Positions 31,545 through 46,809 of a stretch of 64,000 nucleotides of DNA are shown one piece after another. The translations under genes and the position numbers were made by a program. The notes under the pieces are model-generated. The model was not told the DNA's origin and did not search any database. It saw only the letters and a program-made list of their open reading frames with translations. Within the stretch, counting starts at the first letter, position 1; each line of letters starts with the position of its first letter. The stretch comes from Sphagnum compactum (taxonomy: Eukaryota). The stretch is taken from assembly GCA_965153455.1 (NCBI GenBank), contig OZ234493.1, positions 27,022,213 through 27,086,212 of the forward strand. The letters are read 5' to 3'.

Positions 31545-32285
31545 TGAATCTCAAAATTAATATTTTAATTTTGAAATTTGTTATTCAAATCTGAAATTTG
31601 ATATTTAAATTTTGAAAATTCTTATTTGAATTTTGAACATTATATTCATTTTCCTTAGGAAAAATTGCTTTTGAGTGCTTGGATCGAATACAACCAAAAA
31701 GGAATATTATAACACCATAAAAAAATGGTGAAAAAAACTCCACCAAAAGAAAAACTCCATGTCCTCAAAGTGTGGAGGGTATTGATTGGGTTGTTTTGTA
31801 GCCACGAGCATCACCAATAAAGAAGTTGTTGAAGCATAAATCTCTTTCAAAAATGAATTTGGATTTAAAGTTATAAATTACAAATTGCAAATAATTTTCA
31901 ATTAGAAAAGAATTCTGCACATACTAATCAATTCTTATCTAAAGTAATTATAATGATTTTAAAGTAATGTAACATTAATTACATTAATTAATTTCTTTTA
32001 TTGTAAGAACATAAATAATATAATATAAAAATCTATCTTATAATAATAATAATTTACTATAACTTATAATTAATAAAAATAATTATTTATAAATGTGAAT
32101 TATCATGCATAACACTAGTAGAAAAAACCCTTAAAACTCCATCAATAATTTTCTGAATCAAAATACAAGTTTTAAATACCAAAATAGTAATTCAGAATTC
32201 AAATATCAATTTTTAGATCAAATAATTTTTTTGAAGTTAAATAACAAATTTCAAAATTGAAATGTTAATTTTCAGATGAAACTTT
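31545..32285. repeat. AT-rich inverted repeat (foldback/MITE-like)
   Basis: aaaattaatattttaattttgaaatttgttatt (~31553) is mirrored by aataacaaatttcaaaattgaaatgttaatttt (~32240); a CACTAGTAGAAAAAA (CACTA-TIR-like) sequence lies at 32113. Confidence 0.55.
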
Positions 32286-33169
32286 TCATTACCACTACAT
32301 ACCACAAAATCCTCCTTTGGTCCACATCATTCAATCTTGATGTATCTTTTAAAAGATTATGAGGAGATCATTGCTGCTGGTGTTGAGAGGCAAATTTGGA
32401 TTCCATATGAACCTGGTTAAAATGCTCCTATTGCTTTCTTAAAAACTCATAAAATGTCAAATTAATGTCATTAAAGGCTTGAGTATGACCATGCTAACTA
32501 TCCAACATGGATGTAATCTTGGCATCCAATTCATTTTGCTTTGTCTCCATGGCTATCATTCGAGTTGACATTCTTCCAAATACATTTTATTTCAAATACT
32601 CAACACCACAATATTAAATCACATCATTGTACACCTTCATAAAATTGATGTACTTATATTACATAACATAAGTATTTGCATTCTCAAGGAAAAAAAGATC
32701 AATTTTCTTGCAAAATCTAACAAATAGAAAAGTTTTGATGGAACTGAAAAGCAAATCAATTTTGACAAATCTAAAAAACAAATAAGTTTGCACATGTGAT
32801 TAAACAAAACTGATTAATATAATACCTCATAAGTTTTACTTGCACTTCAAAATATTCCTAGTGAACATACATGAATACCATGAACAATAACTTATAATGA
32901 ATGCTAACTTGCCCCATTTCCACTAAGCAAATAGATTAAAAAAAAATGATTGGTAATATGAATTTGATCACAAGGTTGTAATCTCTTATTGATGTTGGAC
33001 AAGTTTGCTTCGATCCTTAAAATTCCTCGATAATCTTTGTCAAACTAGGGCTATGTTGCCTTTTCTTCCTTTACATCAAGAGATGAAAGTTAAAGTCAAT
33101 GGACAAAGGCAAGATTCCTAATAAACAAACACTTGAACATGAACAGAAATATGGGGAAAAGTTAAAAGT

Positions 33170-33635
33170 CAGTCAATTACTAGCCTTGCTTCTTTTCCTA
33201 CTCTTCCCAATCGCCCAAAATTGCCCATATTTTTCACTTTATTCTTGGTGTTGCACATTTGTTATGCCTTTTTCTAAGTCTCAAGCTTGGACCAATAAAC
33301 CTTTAACCTCTTCCAATGAACAAGTTCAATATTGAATGCGTAGTCATTTTTCCCCACAAAATACCTAGCTTTCAATATGCTCCATTCTGTTTTTAACCAT
33401 CTTTTCATAACTTTCCTAAATTTTATCACAAATAATTTGTTGTCCACATACTCAAAATTTTGTGTCTAAAGACACCCTCAACTTATCTAAAGATTCAGGC
33501 TTATGCCCTTCCCGTTCTTCAACACTAATATCTAATATTTGCGAAATTAAGGTTTTTACCACCTCATCCCAAATATTTTTCCTGTCACATCCCCCATCTA
33601 TATCCCTTGGGTCTAACTTTAATCTTGTGGGGTCT
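33170..33635 (-). mobile_element. CACTA/En-Spm TnpA-like (Transposase_24-type) remnant
   Basis: Minus reading ...KNIWDEVVKTL...MKRWLKTEWSILKARY...HWKRLKVYWSKLET*KKA*QM...GRLGRVGKEA, with stops and frameshifts. Confidence 0.6.
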
Positions 33636-34559
33636 TTTCCAAATAGTTAGTTTAACTTCAAAAGTGGGATATTTCTCCTTTTTTTTTGGTCCTATGAATT
33701 GCTTTAACCACACTTTCTAACTTTAATTTAATTATAATTGCACCAAGCATTTTTGGTGCACTAGAAGAACCCATAAATGGACATCTATTCATTGCAAGCA
33801 CTTATATCCACATCCACATCCCTTGATATTGAAGTACACCCTCAAGTGGCACCATGTATGTTTGTGGTTGTATCAAAAATTGTTGCATCCACCCAACTGG
33901 CAGCTACCATTGCCACTAAGGTGCAACGATTTAATTTATAGGACCTAAAAAACCCATTGCGGTGGCTGAATTTGAAGATTTACATTATTAGGGCTCTTGT
34001 AGATTTGTTCAAAAACTAGTAAACATTCAATCTTTTCTATTTGTTATGTTTTATGTGTTTTGATATATTTGTATTTCAATCCTTAAACCTATCTTTATGG
34101 TTTTGGTGCATTTGGGTGTATTTATATTCCAATCTTAAGAGTTTTTTTTGTTTTCAATGTTTTTGGTGTATTTTGGTGTTTTTAATGATTTAACTTCATT
34201 ATTGTGTTTTAAAGGTTTTCAATCACATTTAGGTTATTTTGGTTTAGGTTTTGGGTTTTTGAAGTTTGATGGTTTTGGGTAGAATGGTAGATGATGGGCA
34301 TGATAGCAGTTTGAAGATAGCAAAATCACAAGGGTCACCTACATATGTTGCCAACTATGAACATCATGGAGATAACGGGGTTGAAAATGGTGATGGTAGG
34401 TGGAGGGAGTTTGTTCAATGAATTAAAATTTGAGAAAATGGTTGATGCTGAATTTTTATAGATGGAAGCTACCTTGCAACAATTCCTTCAAACGTTGTAG
34501 TGTAACCAAAAGTTTTGGCATCTATTCAATAAAACTACAAGTAAACATGGGTTTTTTTT

Positions 34560-37500
34560 CAAATTGAATGATTATTTTATTTTTGCAAATTTAGTTAAAT
34601 CTCAAAAGATGCAATGTGTTATGTGCCATAGTGTGCATCAGGAAGAGAATGGACACTTCCACACATAGTTGAAAAGGGTTTGTTTATGTAAAATAAGGAC
34701 CATGACACAACTTGATGAATCTACATGTATCCTCATAACATTTTATCATGTTGAATATTTTAAAAATGATTTTTTTGGGAAGATGTGTTTATTCATGCCC
34801 ATCAATTAATAACAAAAAAAAACCCCCCCCCACATTAGGCAAAAATATTGTTAATTTTTTTTGCCTTGGAGTCCCTTACGAAAATAACGAACCCTATTCA
34901 AGACATTTCCTAGAAGATTTGACCTTATGTATCACCAAAGGTTATCAATTGTTGAGTTCCACTTAAAAGATCTAGTTGCATCTAGTTGCAGAGGTTAGTC
35001 CTTTGCTAATGTGGCTGAATTGTTTTTCCAAATATCATTCATGAATGAAATAATCCTTGACATGGTCAATAAAACCATAGAATATCATGTTTTTCATGCC
35101 TAACTTGTTGAAACTATTATACTAACAACCACATTTGATTTGTGAATGTCACATGGAAGATTTAATACTTTTGCATTGGTGGTGAATTACATCAACAAGT
35201 GGGAACCATGTCATATCACAATACGCATCTTTGAAGGTCATTAAACATTAGAAGCTACCATGGTTTTACAATTGAAAATTTACTTCCTTGTTTAGATTTG
35301 ATGTATGTAAAATATGAAGGTGTCAACCCTAAACACCCTCACCAATGTTTTGACAAACATTGTTTCATGTGCTCCATGGTTGTTGGCAAAATTATATGTA
35401 GTGTTTTTTTCTAGCGAATTTTGTTTTTTTGCAATTAAAAAAATTGGATTTCAAGGCCTTTATTTAAGTTTGGGAATATAAATTCAAAAATTTTCCTAAA
35501 TCTTACATCATTCATCTTTTGTGTAGCCCAAAAATACTAATTAAAGTCAACTTCTTTTAATTCGTGACTTGCAACATCACATGGTAGTGTAGCCAAAGTC
35601 ATAATTGGAAATTATTGTTGTCACCGGCTTTCATGATGGCAGTAGAAAGTTTTGCCAAAGATTAGTACTTTTTAGGTGGGTAGTCGCCATCCCTTTATGA
35701 TCTTCTCTCAAAACTTTTCACCACCTTTCACCACCCAAGAGGTGATAATTTGTATTATGATCATCGCCATCAATACTAAACATTAAAAAGATCAAAAAAT
35801 TACTAATGGGATGCACATTGGACTTTGGAGATTGTATTACTAAGTTGAACTTTGAAGTTTCATTCTCTACCTTCCAGCTTCAAATTTATTGTTGTTGGAG
35901 TTGAAGCTTTAGGCTTCAATTCATCCAAGTTTTTCTTTAAGTTTTGTTGATGACCAGTGACAAATAACACTAATGCTTGCACTATTGCTAGGCAAGTTGC
36001 AATGGCACTGGACATTTGCCAACCTCTAGCCACTTCTATGGTTTTTCCAACACGTAACAAACAACAAGTTCCAAGTTCTTTCCAACAGTTGATCGTCAAT
36101 TTTCAAGTCAACAATTTGTAGACAACAAGGATCATGGATTCTAGGTAGGCTTGATGAGCTTCAATGTTTAAACAAATTGATGATTGGACTTGCAATTTTT
36201 CTCATAATTGTTAATAAATTGAAATGTATAAAATTAATTCAAGCTTGTGGGTTTCTTTTGCAATAGTTTTGTGTTTTAACATTTTAGCAAGTTTCAAAGG
36301 TCGTCATTCAAGATTTTAAAGTCCAAATTTCAAAACCAAAACGTTTTAAAACTTCAAAATTCATCTGTAATTCATGAAGGAGTTAGCACATGCAAATGTT
36401 TAGAGGATCGATATTCATTAACAAGGTTTTTTGTGGTCCTTTGTGGTGTTCAACTTGCTTACAATTGTCTTAAACCTGAGTCATGGCACCATTGAAGCCA
36501 CCGCCAATTTTTTGTGACAAATATTTTTTTAATGATATGCTTCTAGCTTTTAAGATCACATCTATGGTTCAACAACCAATTAATTTTTTACATTGTTGGC
36601 TTTAGTAATTCTACGCCTTCAACTTTTGATGTTCCAATGTCTAAAAATCATGAAAGTAGTGTAATTATTGTAGAAAACAAAAAGAGAAAACAAGCAGAAT
36701 ATGATGCCCATTGCAAGTTCTAAAACATTTGGGTTGCAAAATATACTTGGGTTGAAAGTGTTGGGGGTCAAAGATGGGTTGATTTCTATAATAAGGTGTA
36801 GGGTGTGCACAAGAATATAATGTAAGGAAAAACTTCTAGTCCTTAAATTGGACTTTTTATCTAAACATGCAGGTAAGCGAAAGGAGGATGTTGAAGTTAA
36901 TTTCAACAAACATCTTGAGATTTTGAAAGAGGTTCATGGGAGTGTAAAGAAGATCAATGACACAATGGTTGTGCCACCTTTATTGAATGTTCATCACCTT
37001 GATTTGTAGGCTTCATTGTTCAAAGTGACCACGAAGAACAATGATAATTTGCCATGAAGCCCCCTCTGAATTTGAATCCTATCACCAAGTTTTGGCAAAA
37101 TCTCACATCCTTTCAATGATTGGTCATGAAAATTCTCGAGTATTTCAAGGTTGTAGACATTGCTATAGCCCAAATGATAGTTTAATGGAAGATGAAAGAT
37201 GTTTTTCAACATTTGTTTTCATAAAGAGCAAGTTGAAAAATAGATTTAATGATCACCTGGACTTAGTTGTTTGCATGTTTGCTCAAAGGTTCTACAATCT
37301 AGAAAACTTTCCATACAATGTTGGCATTCAATCTTGGAAACTTACCAAGGTCCGACATGGTTACTAGACTTGGAAGGTAAGTTTTAATGTTCAAACTTCA
37401 AATTTCAACCTCCAATTGGTTTTTTTTCTAATGTGAATTGTATTCATTTAAACTTGCCACAATTTGTAAAATGTATATATGAGTGGAATTGGGATATTTT

Positions 37501-38500
37501 CAAGGTTTCTAGCTTACTATTCTTTTTTTTACATGATGTAAAATTATGAACTTTGGAGTTGTATGCCATGTGCATTGGGATTGTGAACAACGAACTTGAA
37601 CTTTAAACTTTAGAGGTTGTAAGAGCTCTAGCTTTCAAGCTTGGATGCAATACTAGGGGTGGGGTATATCCTTGGAGTTTGTTTTGCTCGCTTGCTCTAG
37701 GGGCATGGTTGGGGGGGCTTTAGGTGAAGGACATTTCCATTGTAGAGGACAAAGCCTTTAGGGGTTGCTATTCAATTCTTCTAAAAGTGAATAATATGTA
37801 TAATAATAAAAATAAATCAAATTTGCATTTTGTAATCTCCATGTTTGAACCTTGAGTTTTGGCACTTTTCCTTTGTGTTATTTTGCCACAAAACTTACAT
37901 GCATGACCAATGGATAGCCATAGCAATGATGGAATGAACATTTAGGTAATCATTGGTTTTGAGGACACTTTTCAAGTAGTTGACATTAGTTTTTGATCAA
38001 CACAAAATTCTATTCGCAATAACATGACCCTCAAATGAAACCCCTTGCCAAAACAACTTACATCTAAAAATTAAAAATAACGAGCCCACTTTTTAGAGGG
38101 CCCTCACATGTTGTAACCAATTTTAATTTTACAAAAAACAAACATTGATCATATGTTGTTAGTTGTTACGAGCATGCAATGTCAAAATGTTATCAATGTG
38201 CCATTAATGATTTGAAAACATGTGCCAGAATAAAGGAAGTTTCCATAAAGATGCGTAATCGTCTTTGTATAAGATTATAACTTGAACAAAAAAAAAGTGA
38301 AAAGATAAAACTTGAACTAAACAAAAGTGCGTTAAACTTGTACAAATGTTTTGTGACTTCAAAAGTTGAAAACATTTGTGAAGATCAAATTTGCATCCAA
38401 AGTCATCTTGCTCAAAGAATGCTTAAAGTTCAAGGATGCAATTAACCTATGTTACAACAAATTATTACATTGCAAGATTCCTAATAGAGCAAGGCAATCA
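34560..38500 (+). mobile_element. Decayed hAT transposase (host element), split by a nested insertion at 35399-38147
   Basis: CVMCHS (BED-like), TTFDL*MSHGRFNTFALVVNYINKWEPCHITI, NTLTNVLTNIVSCAPWLLAKLY, then resuming at ~38156 with VVSCYEHAMSKC...KTFVKIKFASKVILLKECLKFKDAINLCY. Confidence 0.8.
35399..38147 (+). mobile_element. Nested hAT-type element, 2749 bp, with 8-bp target-site duplication
   Basis: Ends TAGTGTTTTTTT...AAAAAACAAACATTG; flanks ATTATATG (35391-35398) and ATCATATG (38148-38155); internal hAT dimerisation remnant EDERCFSTFVFIKSKLKNRFNDHLDLVVCMFAQRFYNLENFPY (~37190-37320). Confidence 0.75.
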
Positions 38501-39154
38501 CATTATTATTCCAGGTGTCACACAATTTGTCATAAACTACTTAGTCCCATGGGTATGGGTTGTTGTTTAATGCACTTGCTCCAATCATCTCCATGTGTCA
38601 TAGGATGTGTCACAACACTCCTCAAACAATGTATCCAATGTAGGTATATAAATTGGACAATTTTTGTACTCAATAAATTTATGTGGCAATTTGTGTGAAT
38701 TCTTTGTGAATTTTGTGTTTTCTGAGATTTGTGAAAATTTTGGGTTCATTTATGTTGACAATCTATACCTTTGAACTTTCTCTAGTTTATTCTCAAATCG
38801 TATTCTAAAACTTGAAGTATTCAAATTGGTAGTCCAAAAGTTCTTTTGGGAATGAATTTCTACCTTGTGAATATCTTTTTGAAAACGTCTTTGGCAAATC
38901 TATATTTTCAATGAAATTTTAAAGTTTTTTCAAAATTCACCAATATTTGACCTCACGAAATGTGATAAAAAAATCCATTTTTTCCCCCATTTTGTGAGGT
39001 CAAAAACCCCTACAAAATCGGAATTTGGGACTACCCAAAACCCATTTCTTTCAAGATTTCAATTATTCTTTTGGAAAAAAACTATATAGATAAAAGGATC
39101 AGATTATTGTTGGGAGCATGTTTAGGGTGCTTGGTTTGCAAATAAAACCTAGAC

Positions 39155-39725
39155 TCGTCCATCCAAGTGAAACATTTTCATTCGTATGATGAATTGATCT
39201 AAACAAGTGTTCATCCAAGTGCAACATTTTCATCCATATGCATGAATGATCTAAATAAGTGTTCATCCAAGTGCTACACTTCCATCCATATTATGAATGA
39301 CAATAGACAAAAGTTCATCCAAATGCAACATTTTCATCCTTGTGATGAATGATAAAAACAAAATGTTCATTTAAGTGAACCAGTTGCATCCAAATGTGAT
39401 GAATGATATTAGAAACATGTATATCCAAGTGCAACATTTTTATCCATATGAGGAATGAAAATATTTCAATCCAAGTGTTTTCATCCATGTGACCAATGAT
39501 ACCAACAAATTATTCATCCATAATGAAATATTTTCATCCATGTGACATATGATATAGACAAGTGTTCATCCAAGTGCAACCTTTCCATCCATGTGATGAA
39601 TGACATGGAACAATAGTTCAATCCAAAATGATATAGACAGATGTCCATCCAAAAGTGAACCATTTTCATCCATGCGATTGATGAACGATATAGACAAGTG
39701 ATCTATTTTCATCCATGTGATGAAT
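39155..39725 (+). repeat. ~52-bp tandem array (~11 degenerate units) upstream of beta-tubulin 3
   Basis: Approximate consensus aagtgttcatccaagtgcaacattttcatccatgtgatgaatgatatagac; anchors at 39205, 39257, 39309, 39361. Confidence 0.9.
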
Positions 39726-39975
39726 GAATGAATGAAAGGTATAGTCAAGGATGTACGTAACAAAAGTGAACTTTCCATTTTTCCCGCCTCTCATGTCTTC
39801 CTTTCATTTTCCTCGCGTTTCTTCGCACCGCTAAACAGCGTTCCTTTCTGTTCTTTGCCATTTCTCTTCGCCGCTGCTCAGCGTTTCTCTCTTGTGCGCT
39901 TCTCTGCATCGTCGTCGTCGTCTTCTGCTTTGTCTCGTTTCGATTGCAGCTTGATCTTGTTTGGTGCTCGCAAAC

Positions 39976-41703
<1,728 letters not shown>

Positions 41704-42526
41704 AGGTTAGGAGTAGTAGAAGAAGAATGTTCTTGCCACAGTTCTTGAATCGTACTTGAGGAAGGTAGATAGACCACTGTCTGTCTGGAAACCATATCCA
41801 TTTCTGGGTTGTGTTTGAATGCTGAGTTGGCATGTCTGTCCTTGAGATGTCCAATGTTTTTTCTTTCAATATATAGAACAATGTTCTGCTTTTGTAAGTA
41901 ACTCTTTGCATCAGGTGTTGCTGAACTGCTTGCTTCTTGGAGGTGTGCATGGATTTGAGACATCTTCACCATTGCTTTGTTCATGCTTCCACTCTGGTCA
42001 CAGCCATCTCTCCAGTGTCAATGTTGTGTTCTCATTTCAATTGATATTTGGTGACGAAAAATGAAAACTTTTCTGCAAGAAAGTGAGAACAGAAGAAACA
42101 GGATCCCTAATAATTATGATCCAATAGGTGTGTTCCATGGTATGAGGAGGCACATTACAGGTCTGTTGATGGGTAGTTTGGGGCCTATTAGGAGTAAGAT
42201 TGGGAAGGAGAATGAGCATGTAAGGAAAGCTTCACCCAGCAGATGGAGGGCTGTAGACAGTTGATATTTGAACTTGCAAGTGCTTTTCTATTTCATTCAT
42301 GGTGGAAGGATAACAGCTTCATATTGTGTAAAGACATGGGTGGAAGCAAATTCCTCTACTGCATGACTTACACAGCTGGAATTGAAGGGGGCACAGGCCT
42401 AACCTTGAAACGAAGATTCAGCTTAGTAATCTCATCCTTCTCAAGCTGCAGGGCTCACTCATGATCCAGGAAAAGTTGATGGCAATGGTTATGAAATTCC
42501 CACTTGCTGTTTTTCTTGTATGAACC

Positions 42527-42616
42527 CAGATGGCTGGTTTGCTATAGTTACCTATGTAGGAAGCTGCAGTGTTGGAGCTACTACTTTATAGGTAACTATA
42601 GCAAACCGGCCATCTG
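42527..42616. other. 90-nt near-perfect hairpin (29-bp stem); candidate small-RNA precursor or foldback relic
   Basis: cagatggctggtttgctatagttacctat (42527-42555) pairs with ataggtaactatagcaaaccggccatctg (42588-42616), 28/29 Watson-Crick plus one G-U; inner gtag/ctac and agct/agct pairing extends the stem. Confidence 0.85.
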
Positions 42617-45600
42617 ATAGTTTATTTTCCATGCAAATATTCTGACCATGTGTTTCATCTGATCTGTTATTGTAGTCTTTGCAACTCTTCACACACCTGA
42701 TATGTGAAGAGAAAGGTCAATGTCAGAGCGCATATCAGGTCAGCAGGTTCTTTGGTATGTGCTTTCTCTTGCTCTGCAATCTGTTGTTCACTCCTGAGAC
42801 TTCGTCTACCTGCTGGTTCTCTGTGGCCCAAGTCTTAGACCCATTACAACCTCTGGAGTGATTGGAACTGTGTGCTTGCATGATTAAGTTCTTTTGGGAA
42901 CAGAAATGGACACCATGTTGTCAATGTACTTCCTCTTAACAATGCATCAAAGTCATCTTCAAAAAGGGCTCATACGTTTTCTAGCATCTCTATCCTTTGC
43001 TGAAGTTTCTATTGACCTGGTGATAGGTGATGTGCTGATGGCATTGATGATTGGATGAGGATAAGAGCTTCAGAGCTTGGAATACATTATTCTGAAATTC
43101 CTAGCATTATCAGGAACCGTTTTTAGAATAGTCAATCACTTGCACTTTGCACCTCCTACACAGGATTTCTACCTTCTCTGGCATTGCTACTGTTGTGTAA
43201 AGATGAAGACTATCTTTGGCAATTTTTTGGAGCAGTTACAGGAATCATCAATACCTTTCTTCTGGTTCTCCTACTGTGATAAAGTAACAAGCCCGAGAAC
43301 TTGTGAGAGTAATCCTTCAACTTTGGGACCAGAAGAGTCTGAAAATTAGTAAGACATATTGAAGTGAATGAGTACATTTTAGTGGTGTATTCAAGACTAA
43401 GAGTCCTGTGGAGTGAAAGACAAAATTCAAGGGATCACGTTGCCTGCAATTACTGTTGATTGAAAAAATAAACATTCCCTAAGTTGCATGTTCTGTAAAG
43501 AAATGTGAAAATCACTTTAAAGAGCATTAGCAAGTTTTATGTACCTTGCCAGCAGATGCTCTGTGTCAACTTTCAAGACCATCTTCACGGTTCTAGCAGA
43601 CATGATTCCGTTATTCCTTTTGCTTCTTGAACTGACATCTCATGCTGCTTATTCACAGTTAACATTACATGTCATTAGCTACATTCAAGACTTTCCCATC
43701 CCCGTGAACCAAACTTCCTCAACTCTCAATCTCTCATAAGCATGTAGAGGGTTCAGAACAAGAGATATTTTCCAGCTTTCCCACTCCTCCAGCACAGGAC
43801 GTTGCTGCTGCCATTTTCCACTCCAGTGTGTTAACTCAGAAGCACTAGAATCTTATTGCAGTCAACATGATAAAACAATTTTCTGACTTGTCCAGAGGCA
43901 GTGAATGTCTCAAGAAGGCATAGCAAGACAGAAGGTGAGGAAAGAATGGACAATATAACTGCACCCACAACAAGAGTTGACTCTAACAATGCACAAATGA
44001 GCTCACCTGAGCATTACCCTCCATCTGTAGCTGGGATATGTCTTCACAGTTGCTTGCTGTTGTTGCAAATCAAGCTCCATTCTTTGCCTTTCTTCTGCTC
44101 GCTTGACTTCAATCTCGGCATTTGAGTGAAGTGCAAATGTTTCACTTCACATTAGCAAACAAGTGGTTGTGCCATAAGAGGCTCTGTCTCAATTGTAACA
44201 CAAGAAAACCACCATCCATAGTCTTACAAAAAGCAAGATTTCCAAACAAACTCAAATTCACATTTTACTACAATGAACTCATGCCCAAGTTTACAAGCTT
44301 TTCGATCAAGTTCACACAATTAGTTCACATTATTAATTCAATAGTTTATCCATTCAGCCTGCCTCCATTCTCCATACCCAAAACCTGCCCAAGACGAGTT
44401 CTCACAATGCGTCTATCCCAAGTTTGGGACAAAGCCAACAAAGATACATGGGGGAAGAGATCACAAATGAGTATCTTGATATGGTGCTTGAATCCTAGAG
44501 TTGAATAAACAAGGCATGCCAAACCAATTGAAAGGTGGAGGTTTTCTTATGGTGCCTCCTAATTCACTTCATTTTAGAGTAGTTGAGAGATGCTCCCTCT
44601 CTTTTTGTGCATTTTGTAGACCCTTTTGTTTGTATCCTGAACAATAAGCATCCTTCTTATCAATCTACCATTGATATGACTATAAGATCATCTTGTGGAC
44701 TTGGAACTTCCATGCACCTTTACTAAATGTTCACTTAATTGTTCATAAAAGTGAATTCTTTGTTTGGAACTATGTAACCTTCAAGACCTCCAAATCCAAT
44801 GGCAATTAGCAAACTTCGTGGGGACTACTTATAAATGGGGTTAGCTTACACTTCTCTACATATAACAATACAAGAGTTGTGAAATGTAATATGACACAAG
44901 GAGCAAGCAAGGTTGTAAGAGATGATTACAAATTTGCCAAGTGCTTCAAGACCTCTGATTGTGCAGATTCAAGATCACCCTCCATGTTTGCTTTAGTTTG
45001 CTTTTGCCTGAATCCCCATGCCAAGCAATCTCTAATTGCTACTGGATGTTAAATTCTCCAATAGAGAGAACTCCCACATTGCAACTACCATCATACCTTC
45101 AATTTGATTTCTACCCAATTCTGCTCAACTATTGCGTTCAATCAAATTGGTTCCCTTGAGTTTCGTAGCTAGTCAAAAATTTCCCTCTAACGTGGTCACC
45201 ACACTTTGCATTTTACGCAACCAGCCTCAAAACCTTACAAAAGCCTTTGAATGGCAAAAAACTTCTAGGATCTAACTGCATCAAAGGACTAAAATTTCTA
45301 GCTTGCTGGCAATAGGCAAACATCCAAAAGAGAGATGCATGCAAATTTCATGATAAGAGTTGTGCTCTTGTCTCTATGCTGTTGCATTGGGCTCAAGTGG
45401 GGGACACTCAACTTTCCCGATACAAAGAGCAAAAATCAAACAAAGCCCAAAGGATAAAAACTAGAACACCATCATTTTGGAATTTTTTGGTAGAGCTCTT
45501 CATGGGAATTAATATGTTTACATTGGTGATTGTACTTTGCAAGTGTTCTTTGGACTAGGTAATTGGCAAGAGCTTGTCAAAGGTATAGGAGTGTCAAAGG

Positions 45601-46809
45601 TATTTTCAGTAATCTATGACCTTGAGCTCATTACTACTAGACATAACCTAATGTTAAGAGGTTTTGAGAGTGGCATTGTAACCCAACTGTAAATGGATGA
45701 AAAGTCTCATAACCTTTCTAACGATGTATGAAAAAGTTGTATAAACCTATTCTCAATGGATAGAAAACTCATATCCGACGTCATGTCCATTCATTTTGCA
45801 TGCATGAGAAAAAATAATACGCACCATTACTCCTTGAATGGATTTGGCATTAATTAAATTATTTTCATTTTCTTTTTATAAAGGAAATGAAGGTAAAATT
45901 ATTTTTTTTTGAAAAAAACAAAAAGTACTCAAAATGTTGAAAATTTAGTATAATTAAAACTCTGTTAAATCTGGGATTTGAACCCAACACATGCATGTTC
46001 TAGACACATTTGGGATTGCTATGTACTTATTAATAATATTGTGTATACCAAAGTTTTCATAAATTCAAAAATCCAGTGCCGAAGCTTAAATTCTTAAATG
46101 TATTAATTATTCAACAGACACTTATTGAATTGACTTATAAATACATTTTACATTTGGTAGTTGAAAATAATAATTATTTTACAATCCAACATTATACTAG
46201 AATAAATAATAAAGCTAGTGTGCTTTTTCAGCCAAATTCTTTTGTGTGAAATTTGATCAAATTGCAACAACACAAGTCCAAATATGCCATTGCAAGAATT
46301 CTTTATTTAAAAAAAATAATTAGCCATATTTAAACTTTTTAAATTCTGAATAGCCAGAATTCTATCTCAGTCTAAAAACAAATCCTAGCAGACAAAAAAA
46401 ATAGGACTTGGATCCTGATAAAATTGTCAACTCGCATATTTTCATATAGCCAAATTTGGCTAAATCTTCTTATGGTTGATCCCAACCTATGCTACTACAA
46501 CAGCAATTTGAAAATAAAATAAAAAATTGCTTGGTGTGCTTAGAGTTTCTTCTTTCAGATTTTTGGCATGGCATGCAGGCATTTTCCAGAATTTTTGGCA
46601 ATTCAAAAAAAATACTGAATTATTAGTGCCTAACCAGGCTCGGTACTAAGGTATTTTTCGGCAATTCCAAAAGAAGAAATTAGGCTATGTACCAGTTGTT
46701 TTCTGTCGCCCTTTGTCGTCGTCGTTGTTGCGCTTCTTTTCGCGCCTCCCCCCACACACACTGCGGCTCCTTTCTTCTCTCTACTCTTAGGTGGGCACTT
46801 TGCTCTACA

